A stretch of DNA of 64,000 nucleotides from Nitrospirota bacterium (GTDB lineage: Bacteria; Nitrospirota; UBA9217): contig CAWBNQ010000005.1 in the NCBI GenBank assembly GCA_963790205.1, positions 224,001 to 288,000 on the forward strand. Direction: 5' to 3'. Below the pieces are notes generated by a model. The model ran no database searches. It saw nothing but the letters and a program-made list of their open reading frames with translations, and was not told the origin of the DNA. Positions 30,059-38,721 of the stretch are shown piece by piece; the first letter of the stretch is position 1; each line of letters opens with the position of its first letter. Position numbers and translations under genes: made by a program.

Positions 30059-30341
30059 TGCATAATCTCCTTCCGTTGAATCGAAATTCCAACGGCATGA
30101 CGCCGATGGTGATGCGAAAGAAGATTGTAGAACGGTCAGGATTATGAAGCAAGGAGCGAGACGAAGAAAATCTATCGAGATATGCGGGGATGAATTGTAG
30201 AGAGACTTATTGGAATGCGAATAACACCGCCGCGCAGCGGCTTAGTTCAATAAGTGTTTATCTTGCCGTCTCCGGCTAGGAAAGACCGATTTTTCGGTAT
30301 TTACCAGTTTGCGATGATTGTGCCTAGTTTTAATTTAAATA

Positions 30342-30370
30342 ACTATATTCCTGATCGACAGTATTGTCAA
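30342..30370 (-). promoter_or_regulatory. near-consensus sigma70 promoter pointing into the recombinase module
   Basis: TTGACA-17 bp-TATAGT on the minus strand. Confidence 0.75.
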
Positions 30371-30468
30371 TCGCCGGGTAGAGGTATCAACAGTTATTTA
30401 ATTCCAGATGAAGGTGTGCTTGTTGCGAAGCACGACAACTCGAATACTACAGGAAGAAGTTGCTGCTA

Positions 30469-30888
30469 TTACAAATCTTCAATCCACAGTAATGATTTGC
30501 CAAGTGGCGTACTCTTTAGCGCGGCATAGAACTTTTTGTCTGCAGTGACAAGACGGCATTCTTGAGTCTGTGCTACAGAGAGGTATAGACTATCATAGAA
30601 AGATCGTTGATAGCGTTTTGCTATTGTCCAAGTAACATCGAGAATCATTTCGGAAGAATAAATAACAAGAGGTATACGTCTAAAATCCAAAAGAATTTTT
30701 GTAGCAGAATCTGCGTCGATTTCCTCAGCCCTCCATTTTTTCCACAGAACATTTCCGAATTCCGCGAAAATGAGATCCGGGGCTAAGAGCTCAAATTCCT
30801 TATTGAGTAAGCGCAGCGCTTCGCGCGAATGAATCTCCGGCAGAAACCATTTGACGGATACGCTTGCATCAACAACATATTGCTTCAA
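30469..30888 (-). CDS. vapC: VapC/FitB PIN toxin
   Basis: VVDASV, AEFGN, SFYDSLY, LVTADK. Confidence 0.92.
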   Translation of the reverse strand: MKQYVVDASVSVKWFLPEIHSREALRLLNKEFELLAPDLIFAEFGNVLWKKWRAEEIDADSATKILLDFRRIPLVIYSSEMILDVTWTIAKRYQRSFYDSLYLSVAQTQECRLVTADKKFYAALKSTPLGKSLLWIEDL

Positions 30889-31115
30889 CGGTCTCGGTCC
30901 TCTCTGACCAGGAAGGCGCTATCGCTAAACTTCTTGCCAGCAAGACGTTTCTGCCAGTCCCTGGCTACGTTTGAAGCTTCGGCCATTGATAATTTTGCTG
31001 CGTTTTGCAAAATTATTTTTACCTCTCCCTGCAGTGAACGTTCATGCTGCTTGGCTCTCCTCTTGAGACGCTCGATTGTTTCCTTTTCCAAATCGCGAAC
31101 TAGTAGCTGCGCCAT
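30885..31115 (-). CDS. FitA-like ribbon-helix-helix antitoxin
   Basis: MAQLLVRDLE...LKRRAKQHERSLQGEVKIIL; overlaps the toxin start. Confidence 0.88.
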   Translation of the reverse strand: MAQLLVRDLEKETIERLKRRAKQHERSLQGEVKIILQNAAKLSMAEASNVARDWQKRLAGKKFSDSAFLVREDRDR

Positions 31116-31140
31116 AATAATCTCCTTGTCTATATGTCAT

Positions 31141-31169
31141 ATGATAGCATAATGATAGCATAATGTAAA
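31141..31169 (-). promoter_or_regulatory. TA promoter with overlapping operator half-sites
   Basis: TTTACA-17-TATCAT; TGATAGCA at 31142 and 31153. Confidence 0.7.
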
Positions 31170-31392
31170 GATATTTTATCCTGAGTCATCACATGAAAAC
31201 TCACAAAACCCTCAGAACAATGCCTCATTAGCGGGGCAAGTAGGAACGACGAGTTAGGTAAATTAAAACTGTTAGAAGAGTGTTAGAAGCATTACGATAG
31301 GCCCTGGGACAGCCCAGGGCTTTCTTTAGTTATATTATACGACAACACGTTTGGTCAAAAAACTCATCCGGTCACGGACAAAGAATGCGGTT

Positions 31393-31647
31393 TTACCTTT
31401 TTTTGATTTGAGCATTTACCTTGTCGTATGACAGGAGCAGATGTTCAAAGGTTGTTCGAAGCGGCTTCTCCAGCCCGGATATCGCCAGTTCAAACTGCGT
31501 GGCGAGATCGTAGAAATCAGGGGCAAAGAACCGGGCATCCTCCGCGTTGGAAAAGACGCGAGCGATTGACTCGCCATTGCCGTCCTCGTCCGCCGTTATG
31601 TCCCGATAGTCCAGGTCGGTGGGATGCGCATGCCACTTAGTGTTCAC
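31393..31647 (-). CDS. small hypothetical protein
   Basis: ORF with GAGGGA RBS, co-oriented with neighbours. Confidence 0.5.
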   Translation of the reverse strand: MNTKWHAHPTDLDYRDITADEDGNGESIARVFSNAEDARFFAPDFYDLATQFELAISGLEKPLRTTFEHLLLSYDKVNAQIKKR

Positions 31648-31683
31648 AATTGTTCCCTCGCTTTCCCTTTCGCTTTTTCTATC

Positions 31684-31917
31684 TCAGAAAAGCTGCTTGC
31701 TGCATTCTACTGCGACCGCCGTCCCGCCCACGTTGATACCGTTCGGAAGCGGGCATGTGTCCACTTCCGCCCATTCGCCGCAATAGATGCAAATTGAAAG
31801 TGCGACTGCACGTGTCCTGGTCGGGAAAACAAGATTCGGTTTCCATGGTCCTAATATGTGACCGCGAAATTCAGCGCTTCTTTCTGCTTTTTCTTTAAGC
31901 ATTTCCAGTTTTCCCAT
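31684..31917 (-). CDS. small Cys-containing hypothetical protein
   Basis: GGAGG RBS; H...CIYC...C pattern. Confidence 0.6.
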   Translation of the reverse strand: MGKLEMLKEKAERSAEFRGHILGPWKPNLVFPTRTRAVALSICIYCGEWAEVDTCPLPNGINVGGTAVAVECSKQLF

Positions 31918-32005
31918 ATTCGCCTCCGATTGTTTCTCATAATCTGCGTAGAGCCGGGCAGGAGATTCAGTGATTTTTCCAGAACGAATCCCCTGCCCTC
32001 CTGCC

Positions 32006-32188
32006 TTAATGCTCCAAGAGCGTCATATTCCTGATACGCTCCTCCATGATGCGGTATATTTGGACACCGTCATACCCTTCGGCCCTGAGATTATCGAAAT
32101 CGATCAGGTCGATCTCGACCGGAATGTCCGGCCTGTCCGTGTAGATCGATTGAACATTGCCTCCGTCAACAACTATCGCCAGTTTCAT
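32006..32188 (-). CDS. small hypothetical protein
   Basis: GGAGG RBS; IVVDGGNVQ...IDFDN. Confidence 0.65.
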   Translation of the reverse strand: MKLAIVVDGGNVQSIYTDRPDIPVEIDLIDFDNLRAEGYDGVQIYRIMEERIRNMTLLEH

Positions 32189-32291
32189 GCGTTATTCCTC
32201 CATGTGATTGGTGTAGGTGAATCGAAACGCCCCTGCACCTTCCCTCCGGGAGGGAGGCCGGAAGGAAGATACAGGTATTGATGGTCCGGAA

Positions 32292-32501
32292 TCAGCTTTT
32301 CGATTCGGTCTGACCAGACCTTTCTTTTCTCTCGACGACTGTGAGCCAGCCGTCCCAATCGCCGACCGGAAGAACGTTGAGCTTCATGGACCGTTTACCA
32401 TCGTTCTCGATCAGGACGCCGATATTCTCCCACCGGGTCTTCCCGTCCTTCTTTTCCTCGGACTTCTCTTTCCTCTTCCACAGCAGCTCGTAAATCTTCA
32501 T
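32292..32501 (-). CDS. small beta-rich hypothetical protein (possibly nucleic-acid binding)
   Basis: AGGAGG RBS; KTRWENIG...KLNVLP..WDG; directly downstream of structured repeat A. Confidence 0.65.
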   Translation of the reverse strand: MKIYELLWKRKEKSEEKKDGKTRWENIGVLIENDGKRSMKLNVLPVGDWDGWLTVVERKERSGQTESKS

Positions 32502-32547
32502 GAAGAATCCTCCTTTGACTTCTCTGAATTGAACTAAACTGAGCACC

Positions 32548-32838
32548 CCCTCCCTCCGGGGGGCCTTCACAAGCAAACAGGCCCCCCGAGGGAAGGGACG
32601 AACATCCCGCGATAATACACATGGCTTTTGCGAGCCGTAGAGAAGCCTCAAGCAGCGGGCATGACAGAGCGAAGCGATGGCGTGACGGATGCGAGGATTC
32701 AGGCCGCAAAAGTTATCGCGGGGTCTCTTTAAGGTTTTTAAGGGAGCCCGGCGAGGGCGGAACGGGAGCGCGTCGATGTCTCCCGACCAACGGGAGGGAG
32801 TCTTCGACGCGCCGGGGCGGGCGGGAGATTGAGCGAGG
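32548..32838. repeat. structured ~290-bp non-coding repeat, copy A
   Basis: Colinear with 34811-35104; stems CGCGATAA/TTATCGCG, CTTTTGCG/CGCAAAAG, GCGCGTCGA/TCGACGCGC. Confidence 0.9.
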
Positions 32839-33009
32839 ACATTGGCCGTGCGCTATGCATAGGGCCGATGTCCGAGCGGACAAACGGCTTGGTGCCGACG
32901 CGAAGCAAAGGCACGAAGCCAACCGATCGCTTTTAGGGCTATGATTTATACCTGCGTGCCCGGCAACCGCGGTTCCTTGATGGTTTTCTATACTTTTGAC
33001 GATCTTCCC

Positions 33010-33036
33010 GGCCGGGGGCCATTGGCCCCCGGCCGC
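33010..33036 (-). terminator. GC-rich hairpin after the radC-ardC-DUF6573 cluster
   Basis: CGGCCGGGGGCCA-T-TGGCCCCCGGCCG perfect inverted repeat; no clear U-tract. Confidence 0.45.
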
Positions 33037-33041
33037 CGATA

Positions 33042-33413
33042 TCAGTATTCTTCAGGAAGCAAAATCGTGAACCCCTCTGCTTCGTTGAACATCAACCACA
33101 GTTTCTTTACTTCCTGCCGCTCAGGGGCCATGAGATAAGATACGTGAAACGGAACAAAGTATTTGTCCTCTGCTGCATGAAGGGCCATTGCAGCAACGAA
33201 AAGAGTGTCCCACAAACGGCCTTTCAAATCCTGAATGCCTTCAAGACCTGCAGGAACCTCTACAAGGCTGTACACTCCGTGGGTTAGACAAAGAGAGGCC
33301 TTGAACCCCGCCTCCTTCGCCTCCGGTGTGCCGCTCACATCCACGAGCACGCCGTCTTCAATTGCCTGCTGTCTCGTATAGCTGTGAATGACTTCGTCTG
33401 ATTTTTCCTGCAT
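33042..33413 (-). CDS. DUF6573-like protein
   Basis: IHSYTRQQAIEDGVLVDV, GRLWD, TILLPEEY; GGAGG RBS. Confidence 0.75.
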   Translation of the reverse strand: MQEKSDEVIHSYTRQQAIEDGVLVDVSGTPEAKEAGFKASLCLTHGVYSLVEVPAGLEGIQDLKGRLWDTLFVAAMALHAAEDKYFVPFHVSYLMAPERQEVKKLWLMFNEAEGFTILLPEEY

Positions 33414-33462
33414 GTTTTCCTCCAAAGATAAGGGTGATCGTCGTTAACTGGTTTATTCGTGT

Positions 33463-34320
33463 TTACGCCGCCTCTTCTACGTCGGCTCCCCGGTTAAGTA
33501 TGAAATCAACGGCCTTCTGCGCCTGGGCTGCTGCTGAGATAATCATTTTTTTGTCGGCCTCAAGCTGCTTTCTCCAATGTTCGATGTAGGCTGCCTGGTT
33601 TTCGATGGTATCGTTGTCAATTCCGGTGTGCCCGCACAGGAAACTTGCTCCGCACTCTGCGATCAGCTCCTCTTTGGAATATTCCGGAGATCCGAAGGCG
33701 TGTTTTTCCACGATCCCTTTTCTCCCGAGCCGGGATGCGGCGCCCGCGGCATGGACTGCCTCATGATAGAGGGTGGCATAATAGCTCGCCTCCGACGTAA
33801 ACGAAGTCCTGGGCGGCATCCTGACCAGGTCTTTTGTACTGCTGTAGCTTGCCTGCGCAAATCCGTGCTCAATTGCCGGCGGGCTCGGCATCTTGCTGAT
33901 TACTTCTTCACACGACAGGATAGGATTGAATTTCTCCGCTGCCGGTTCATCGGGCGAAGTCAAACCGTCAATTTGTGCAAGATTAAACACGGTGTAGTAG
34001 CGCATGAACGGGATGTCTTTTTGCTCCATGTCGCCGCTGGAGCTCTCGACCTGCTTCGTGGTCCAATTCCAGAATATGACCGGGGTCCCCTTCTCGCCCT
34101 TCCTTACCTGTCCGCCTCGCTCGGTTGCCTGCTTATAGGTGAGCCAGTACGGTGAGGCATAACCCTGCATCGCGGTCAAGAGAATGTTGAGCCCGCGATA
34201 AGGCTTCCCGGTGACAAAGTTCCTTGGTGCTCCGCCGCACTTCCAGGGCTTGCGCCACGGGATGGTGCCCTCGTCGAGCGCTGCCAGAATCCGGTCGGTA
34301 ATGACTTCATAGACTTTCAT
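33463..34320 (-). CDS. ardC: ArdC-family ssDNA-binding antirestriction protein with zincin-like domain
   Basis: PWRKPW, YRGLN, WLTYKQA..GGQVRKGEKG, VFN, HEAVH, YSKEELIAE. Confidence 0.92.
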   Translation of the reverse strand: MKVYEVITDRILAALDEGTIPWRKPWKCGGAPRNFVTGKPYRGLNILLTAMQGYASPYWLTYKQATERGGQVRKGEKGTPVIFWNWTTKQVESSSGDMEQKDIPFMRYYTVFNLAQIDGLTSPDEPAAEKFNPILSCEEVISKMPSPPAIEHGFAQASYSSTKDLVRMPPRTSFTSEASYYATLYHEAVHAAGAASRLGRKGIVEKHAFGSPEYSKEELIAECGASFLCGHTGIDNDTIENQAAYIEHWRKQLEADKKMIISAAAQAQKAVDFILNRGADVEEAA

Positions 34321-34355
34321 GTTTCTGTTCCTCCCGCTGTTTTTTTGCATAAGCC

Positions 34356-34778
34356 TCACCCCTTCTTCATCATTCCGTTGTCGCAAAAACTGAAATACTT
34401 TCCCTCGCCGCCTATAATCACGTGATCGAGCACGTTGATGCCGAGGATTTCTCCGGCCTGACAGAGCCGCTTTGTTAAAAGAATGTCCTCCTGGCTTGGC
34501 TGCGTATCTCCTGAAGGGTGATTGTGACCTATGATGATATTTGCCGTTGCCTTAGTGACCGCAAGCCGGAACGTTTCTCTTGGATGAACTATTGCGGCTG
34601 ACAGGCTGCCAAGGGAAACAAGGTCGGCGTATTGAATGACGTTCTTTGTGTTGAGCCCGAGTATCCAGAAGTGCTCCTTTTCTCTGTCGTGCTCCTGTTC
34701 AAAATTAAGCAGGGAAAACAACACCTCCGACACGTCCTTCGAGCAGCAGATTGCTTTTTTCTTCTCGCTGACTATCAT
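34356..34778 (-). CDS. RadC-like JAB domain protein (short form)
   Basis: EHF..L, VHPRE, HNHPSG...S.ED, LDHVII. Confidence 0.92.
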   Translation of the reverse strand: MIVSEKKKAICCSKDVSEVLFSLLNFEQEHDREKEHFWILGLNTKNVIQYADLVSLGSLSAAIVHPRETFRLAVTKATANIIIGHNHPSGDTQPSQEDILLTKRLCQAGEILGINVLDHVIIGGEGKYFSFCDNGMMKKG

Positions 34779-34810
34779 TCGCCTGTTCCTCCCTCTTAAA
34801 ACCAGAGTTA

Positions 34811-35104
34811 CCCTCCCTCCGGGGGGCCTTCACAAGAACCAGACCCCCCGAGGGTGGAGAAGAACATTCCGCGATAAATCACACGGCTTTTGCGGGCCGT
34901 TAAGAATCCTTGAGGCATCAGGCATGACAGAGCGAAGCGATGGCGGGACGGATGCGAGGATTCAGGCACGCAAAAGTTATCGCGGGCTTTTTCGTAGTCG
35001 TCCCTAAAGGGAGCCCGGCGAGGGCGGATGGGAGCGCGTCGATGTCTCCCGAGCCGAGCGAGGGAGTCTTCGACGCGCGGGGGTGGGCGGGAGATGGAGC
35101 GAGG
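34811..35104. repeat. structured ~290-bp non-coding repeat, copy B (cut by an IS fragment)
   Basis: Colinear with 32548-32838; upstream of the radC-like/ardC cluster. Confidence 0.9.
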
Positions 35105-35263
35105 GATATACTATGCAGTGATGGTAGTGTTCAGTCGCAAGCAGCCTGGCGGATCGCCGTCGAGGCCTGGTTGAGGATGAAAGGGTTTATTACCGTTACG
35201 ATCAACGGAAAAGTGTCACTCAATTTTCTCTAGGATTTTTATCATAAACTGCTAGCGTGCACA
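35105..35263 (+). mobile_element. 159-bp terminal fragment of the IS481-like element, inverted
   Basis: Reverse complement of 23827-23985 with two mismatches seen; ends in ACA. Confidence 0.93.
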
Positions 35264-35484
35264 AAGCTTGCTTCCTGTACTTGTGTAGTTTCTGGTTTTC
35301 GCAATATTCAATAGTTCATGTCGTATTTCATGCTAACTTATCAAAAGCGGCCTCTGGGAAACCGGGGGCTATTTTGCGCTGACCCCTTGACACTCTTTTC
35401 TTATGAGCATAAACTACTTTCTGTCCGTTGAGTTTCTTTTTGAAACCTACATATTTTATGTAAGATGATTGAAAGGAGCATAAA

Positions 35485-36042
35485 ATGATAACAATAGACT
35501 GGCATGTTGCTGCCACTATTGGGGCACCTATCCTCTCTCTTTTTGTGGGTATATGGATTAATCGTCGTTTTGAGAGTCGTCCCATTCTGATCACATACAC
35601 TAGCCATGTATCCGCATTCACACATACACCCGCAGGGGGGCAGCCGATACAAGTCAACACGCACTCGGTCGTAATCAGGAATACCGGCCATCGGCCAGCT
35701 ACAAATGTACGTGTCAGTCATCATCAACTTCCTGACTTCAACATCTGGCCGCATGTTGCTTACGCCGTTGAGGATCTGCCCGGAGGTGGCAAAGAGATCG
35801 TCATTCCGACTCTTGTCCCAAATGAAGAAATAACTATATCCTATTTGTACTTTCCACCTTTGGTGGCCGACCAAGTACATGCAGGCCTCAAATGTGATCA
35901 GGGCTTCGCAAAAGGAATTCCCGTGTTGATTGCTAGGCAATATCCGAAATGGTTCAACCTCACTGTTGCCATATTAATGCTTATTGGAATTGTGTCGGTT
36001 TTATATCTGGCTTTCCATGCCGTGGTTGCCTTCTTACGGTGA
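35485..36042 (+). CDS. hypothetical membrane protein
   Basis: AAGGAG RBS; TM segments at both ends around a beta-rich domain. Confidence 0.75.
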   Translation: MITIDWHVAATIGAPILSLFVGIWINRRFESRPILITYTSHVSAFTHTPAGGQPIQVNTHSVVIRNTGHRPATNVRVSHHQLPDFNIWPHVAYAVEDLPGGGKEIVIPTLVPNEEITISYLYFPPLVADQVHAGLKCDQGFAKGIPVLIARQYPKWFNLTVAILMLIGIVSVLYLAFHAVVAFLR

Positions 36043-36148
36043 TTTTCACAAGGGATTTGATCGCGGGACAAAAAGCCTTTATGAAATCATCGTGTGAACA
36101 ATCCAAGAGAAAGAAACCACACATTTCTACTGACTGATTTATAAACTT

Positions 36149-36625
36149 ATGCCGCGAATTCGAGAAAATAAAAGTCGAGATCGGACCAAACCTGAAATTT
36201 GTAAGGATGTGGCGCATATTTTGTCTGCAGAGCTTAAATGGGGCACAAAGTATGCTGTTTTAGATGATGTGTTGTGGACTTGGTCCGAGTTTGACGGCAA
36301 ATACGATGGCTGCAGATACTGGTCGCCTGCTGCATTACGTTTCAAAAACTATGAGAAGAAGCTTATACACGAACATGCTGTTCCTAAATCAGAAATCATA
36401 AAGATAATAATTAAACGTCAGCACCGTTCAGCCGCAGCAGTTAATAGAATTTTATCTAAATATTGTGTCGGGGTAGCCATCACTCGCGACGAGGATAAGA
36501 AGCTTAATAATCTTGGCCTACGAGTAAAGATGCCTGACGGTTGGGACAAGCAAGATATCCGGGCACGCCATCGTGCAGCTGACATTGGCTGGGTTGACAC
36601 AAAGAAAAAAATAACCACGCCGTAG
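36149..36625 (+). CDS. hypothetical protein with EHxxP motif (possibly HNH-like)
   Basis: LIHEHAVP, ITRDED.KL, MP.GW. Confidence 0.6.
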   Translation: MPRIRENKSRDRTKPEICKDVAHILSAELKWGTKYAVLDDVLWTWSEFDGKYDGCRYWSPAALRFKNYEKKLIHEHAVPKSEIIKIIIKRQHRSAAAVNRILSKYCVGVAITRDEDKKLNNLGLRVKMPDGWDKQDIRARHRAADIGWVDTKKKITTP

Positions 36626-36949
36626 AGAATTGCTGAAAACGCCTCATGTGTAAGTTACAAGCGGTATTCTGCATCTCCTAGTGAGTGGCCGCAGTATAAG
36701 CTTGTAGGTGCCCCCTCGAAAAATGCATTGACGCCGAAGAATAATAACTTCCGGTTGAAACATTTCGAGTAATAATCTTCCTGTAGATGACAAACCAATT
36801 CCCGGATGTGGACAGCGCCATTAATCAGGCATATTCTTCCGTAAATAGCTTGGGTGGATTCAGATCACCTCGATGTCTGATAAACTTATATCTGAGCTTT
36901 ATACGGCCGAAAAGCTCTGATAACCTTCTTATGCTATTTGCAGTAAGGA

Positions 36950-37177
36950 ATGAGGTTTTATATGTCTTATCTAATTAATTTAATTTGCGTATCGATATTG
37001 GCTATGGCAGTCATTGTAGGAGGAGCATACATATTATATTTAAAGAAGAAAGAACCGATCGCTTTTCAACTTCTCCAACTAAGATTTCACTGGTGGAGAG
37101 CCTCCGTCATCGATATAAAGTTGATCAGACTGGCTAAATTTCTTGAAAGAATCCTCGGTATTGAGGATGATAAATAG
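36950..37177 (+). CDS. small membrane protein
   Basis: One TM segment; AT-rich. Confidence 0.4.
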   Translation: MRFYMSYLINLICVSILAMAVIVGGAYILYLKKKEPIAFQLLQLRFHWWRASVIDIKLIRLAKFLERILGIEDDK

Positions 37178-37238
37178 TTTGTAATAATATTATAAAAAAG
37201 CTGGATCACTTTTTTACTAGAAGGGGCAGGGTGGGCAA

Positions 37239-37442
37239 ATGAATATAGCTAAAGCTAATGTCCGAAGATGTGCCACGTGTGCTTCTTGGTTTGGGGGCAG
37301 CAGACTTTTTGATGACAAAGGGAATGTGAAATACGATGCCAGCCCACGCAATACAGGGGTATGCAAACATCCGTTATCGGGAAAGACCAATCAGCAAACG
37401 AAGCCGGAATATACCTGTTCGAAGTGGATGCAAGGGAGTTGA
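37239..37442 (+). CDS. small four-Cys protein
   Basis: CATC..W...C...C..W. Confidence 0.55.
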   Translation: MNIAKANVRRCATCASWFGGSRLFDDKGNVKYDASPRNTGVCKHPLSGKTNQQTKPEYTCSKWMQGS

Positions 37443-37460
37443 TATAAAAAGCTGTTTACG

Positions 37461-37688
37461 ATGATACTTGAGAGGGGTAGAACTGAGGGAAAGATAAAAA
37501 AGGACGGACACCGTAAGAGTGGCAAGGCTGGACAGGAGAAAAGGAATAATTTGCCGGCCTGGGCTGTGATCGCTGCTGGGCTGGGACTAGGGGCGGGACT
37601 GATCTGGCTAATCGAGAAGAAGCTTGGTTGGACTAAGATCGTGGCTACAGAAACGCATCAAACGGCGGAGCCAAAGCCGTCGGGATAA
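37461..37688 (+). CDS. small hypothetical protein with one TM segment
   Basis: ORF with hydrophobic AWAVIAAGLGLGAGLIWLI. Confidence 0.35.
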   Translation: MILERGRTEGKIKKDGHRKSGKAGQEKRNNLPAWAVIAAGLGLGAGLIWLIEKKLGWTKIVATETHQTAEPKPSG

Positions 37689-37789
37689 AAGTTGATTGAA
37701 ACAAGAGGGCAAAAAACAGGACAGTCAACAAAAAAAGACCCTAAATAGTGTCAACGTTGAAATCTATGAAAATATATCACACATGCCTA

Positions 37790-38125
37790 TCAAATTGGAG
37801 GGACCTGATAAGGAGGTGTATATGGATTGTTCCCCATTACTTTTTTCCATTGGCCCTGAGTTACTTTGAATTTGCCAATGTAATAATCATCCACACAAAC
37901 CTCGTGCACGGGCTTTTCATCGTTATCGCCATCCCCGAAGGTGTCGCCCATTTGATAGCAGCCGCCTTTGACGAGCACGAATTCCATGCCTGTGGTCGTG
38001 TCCTTATAAGTTGATCTTTTTATCGCAGCCTTCCGATCCTCTGCATGAACAATAGTCTTAACCCCTATTAACATCGCCATAAACAACACAGATGCACAGA
38101 AGATCGTTAATATTATATTTTTCAT
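37790..38125 (-). pseudogene. 3'-truncated formylglycine-generating-enzyme (FGE-sulfatase) domain protein
   Basis: Signal peptide, MEFVLVKGGCYQMGD, EKPVHEV, VTQGQWKKVMGNNP, then ends abruptly. Confidence 0.8.
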
Positions 38126-38292
38126 GTCATGTCTCCAAGGATACTGTTGCTATATATTTCTTCCACTTCATAAAAGATATAGGATCTGGAAAAGAGGTTT
38201 GTTTACAGATACTTTGGAATATTGAGTAAGTTCCCGCGCCGGAGCAAATCAGCAACAGTGCTCAATCAGAAAATGGTTGGGCCGAGCGAGAT

Positions 38293-38688
38293 TCATCCCT
38301 CTTGCGCCGGCGGACGCGACGGGTGGATGGCATTGAGCCATTCCTCCGCCTTGCCGCGGTCGCGGAACGGCCGGATGTCGCAGACATCTTCGGCCAGGAT
38401 TCCCAGCATTCGTATCATCCCGTCGGAAACATCATCACCAGTTACAACGGCCGTCGGGCCGATAGCATTGTGGCGCCCGAGGTCGCGCAGCAGCTGGGCG
38501 ACCTGACGGACTTCCGCGGCGCTGAGGGCCACAACGGCCTGGGTGGCGTCAACAAACTCAGCGAGGAGCAAGCAGTTGTCATCCCGCTTCTTCTCCAGGT
38601 GCGCCACGACCTCGGGATAGGTCACAGAGCCCTCGGCCACCGTGCACAGCCGTTGTCGCGCACGGTCTACCGTGTAGGCTATTGACAT
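38293..38688 (-). CDS. STAS/SpoIIAA-like hypothetical protein
   Basis: AVV...GM.RM...PFRD..KAEEWL pattern; GGGGAG RBS. Confidence 0.6.
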   Translation of the reverse strand: MSIAYTVDRARQRLCTVAEGSVTYPEVVAHLEKKRDDNCLLLAEFVDATQAVVALSAAEVRQVAQLLRDLGRHNAIGPTAVVTGDDVSDGMIRMLGILAEDVCDIRPFRDRGKAEEWLNAIHPSRPPAQEG

Positions 38689-38721
38689 TCGCTCCCCTGC
38701 CAGCCTTTTTTGCAGGAAACA

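Larger units (their letters stand above)
27721..30251 (-). mobile_element. tyrosine recombinase + IS91-family transposase element
   Basis: Two-gene module bounded by 21-bp inverted repeats (27721-27741 and 30231-30251, 18/21 match). Confidence 0.88.

Noticed and set aside
32528..32538. ATTGAACTAA matching the IS91-module end
   Set aside because: Only 10 bp and the rest of the repeat is absent; likely chance
32395..32944. ORFs over structured repeat A
   Set aside because: GC-rich hairpin sequence; frames not conserved in copy B
34940..35233. 97-aa ORF
   Set aside because: Chimera of non-coding repeat B and the 3' end of transposase 2
23827..35263. Proven composite transposon
   Set aside because: Flanks CGAACG and AAGCTT are not a target duplication; kept only as a possibility
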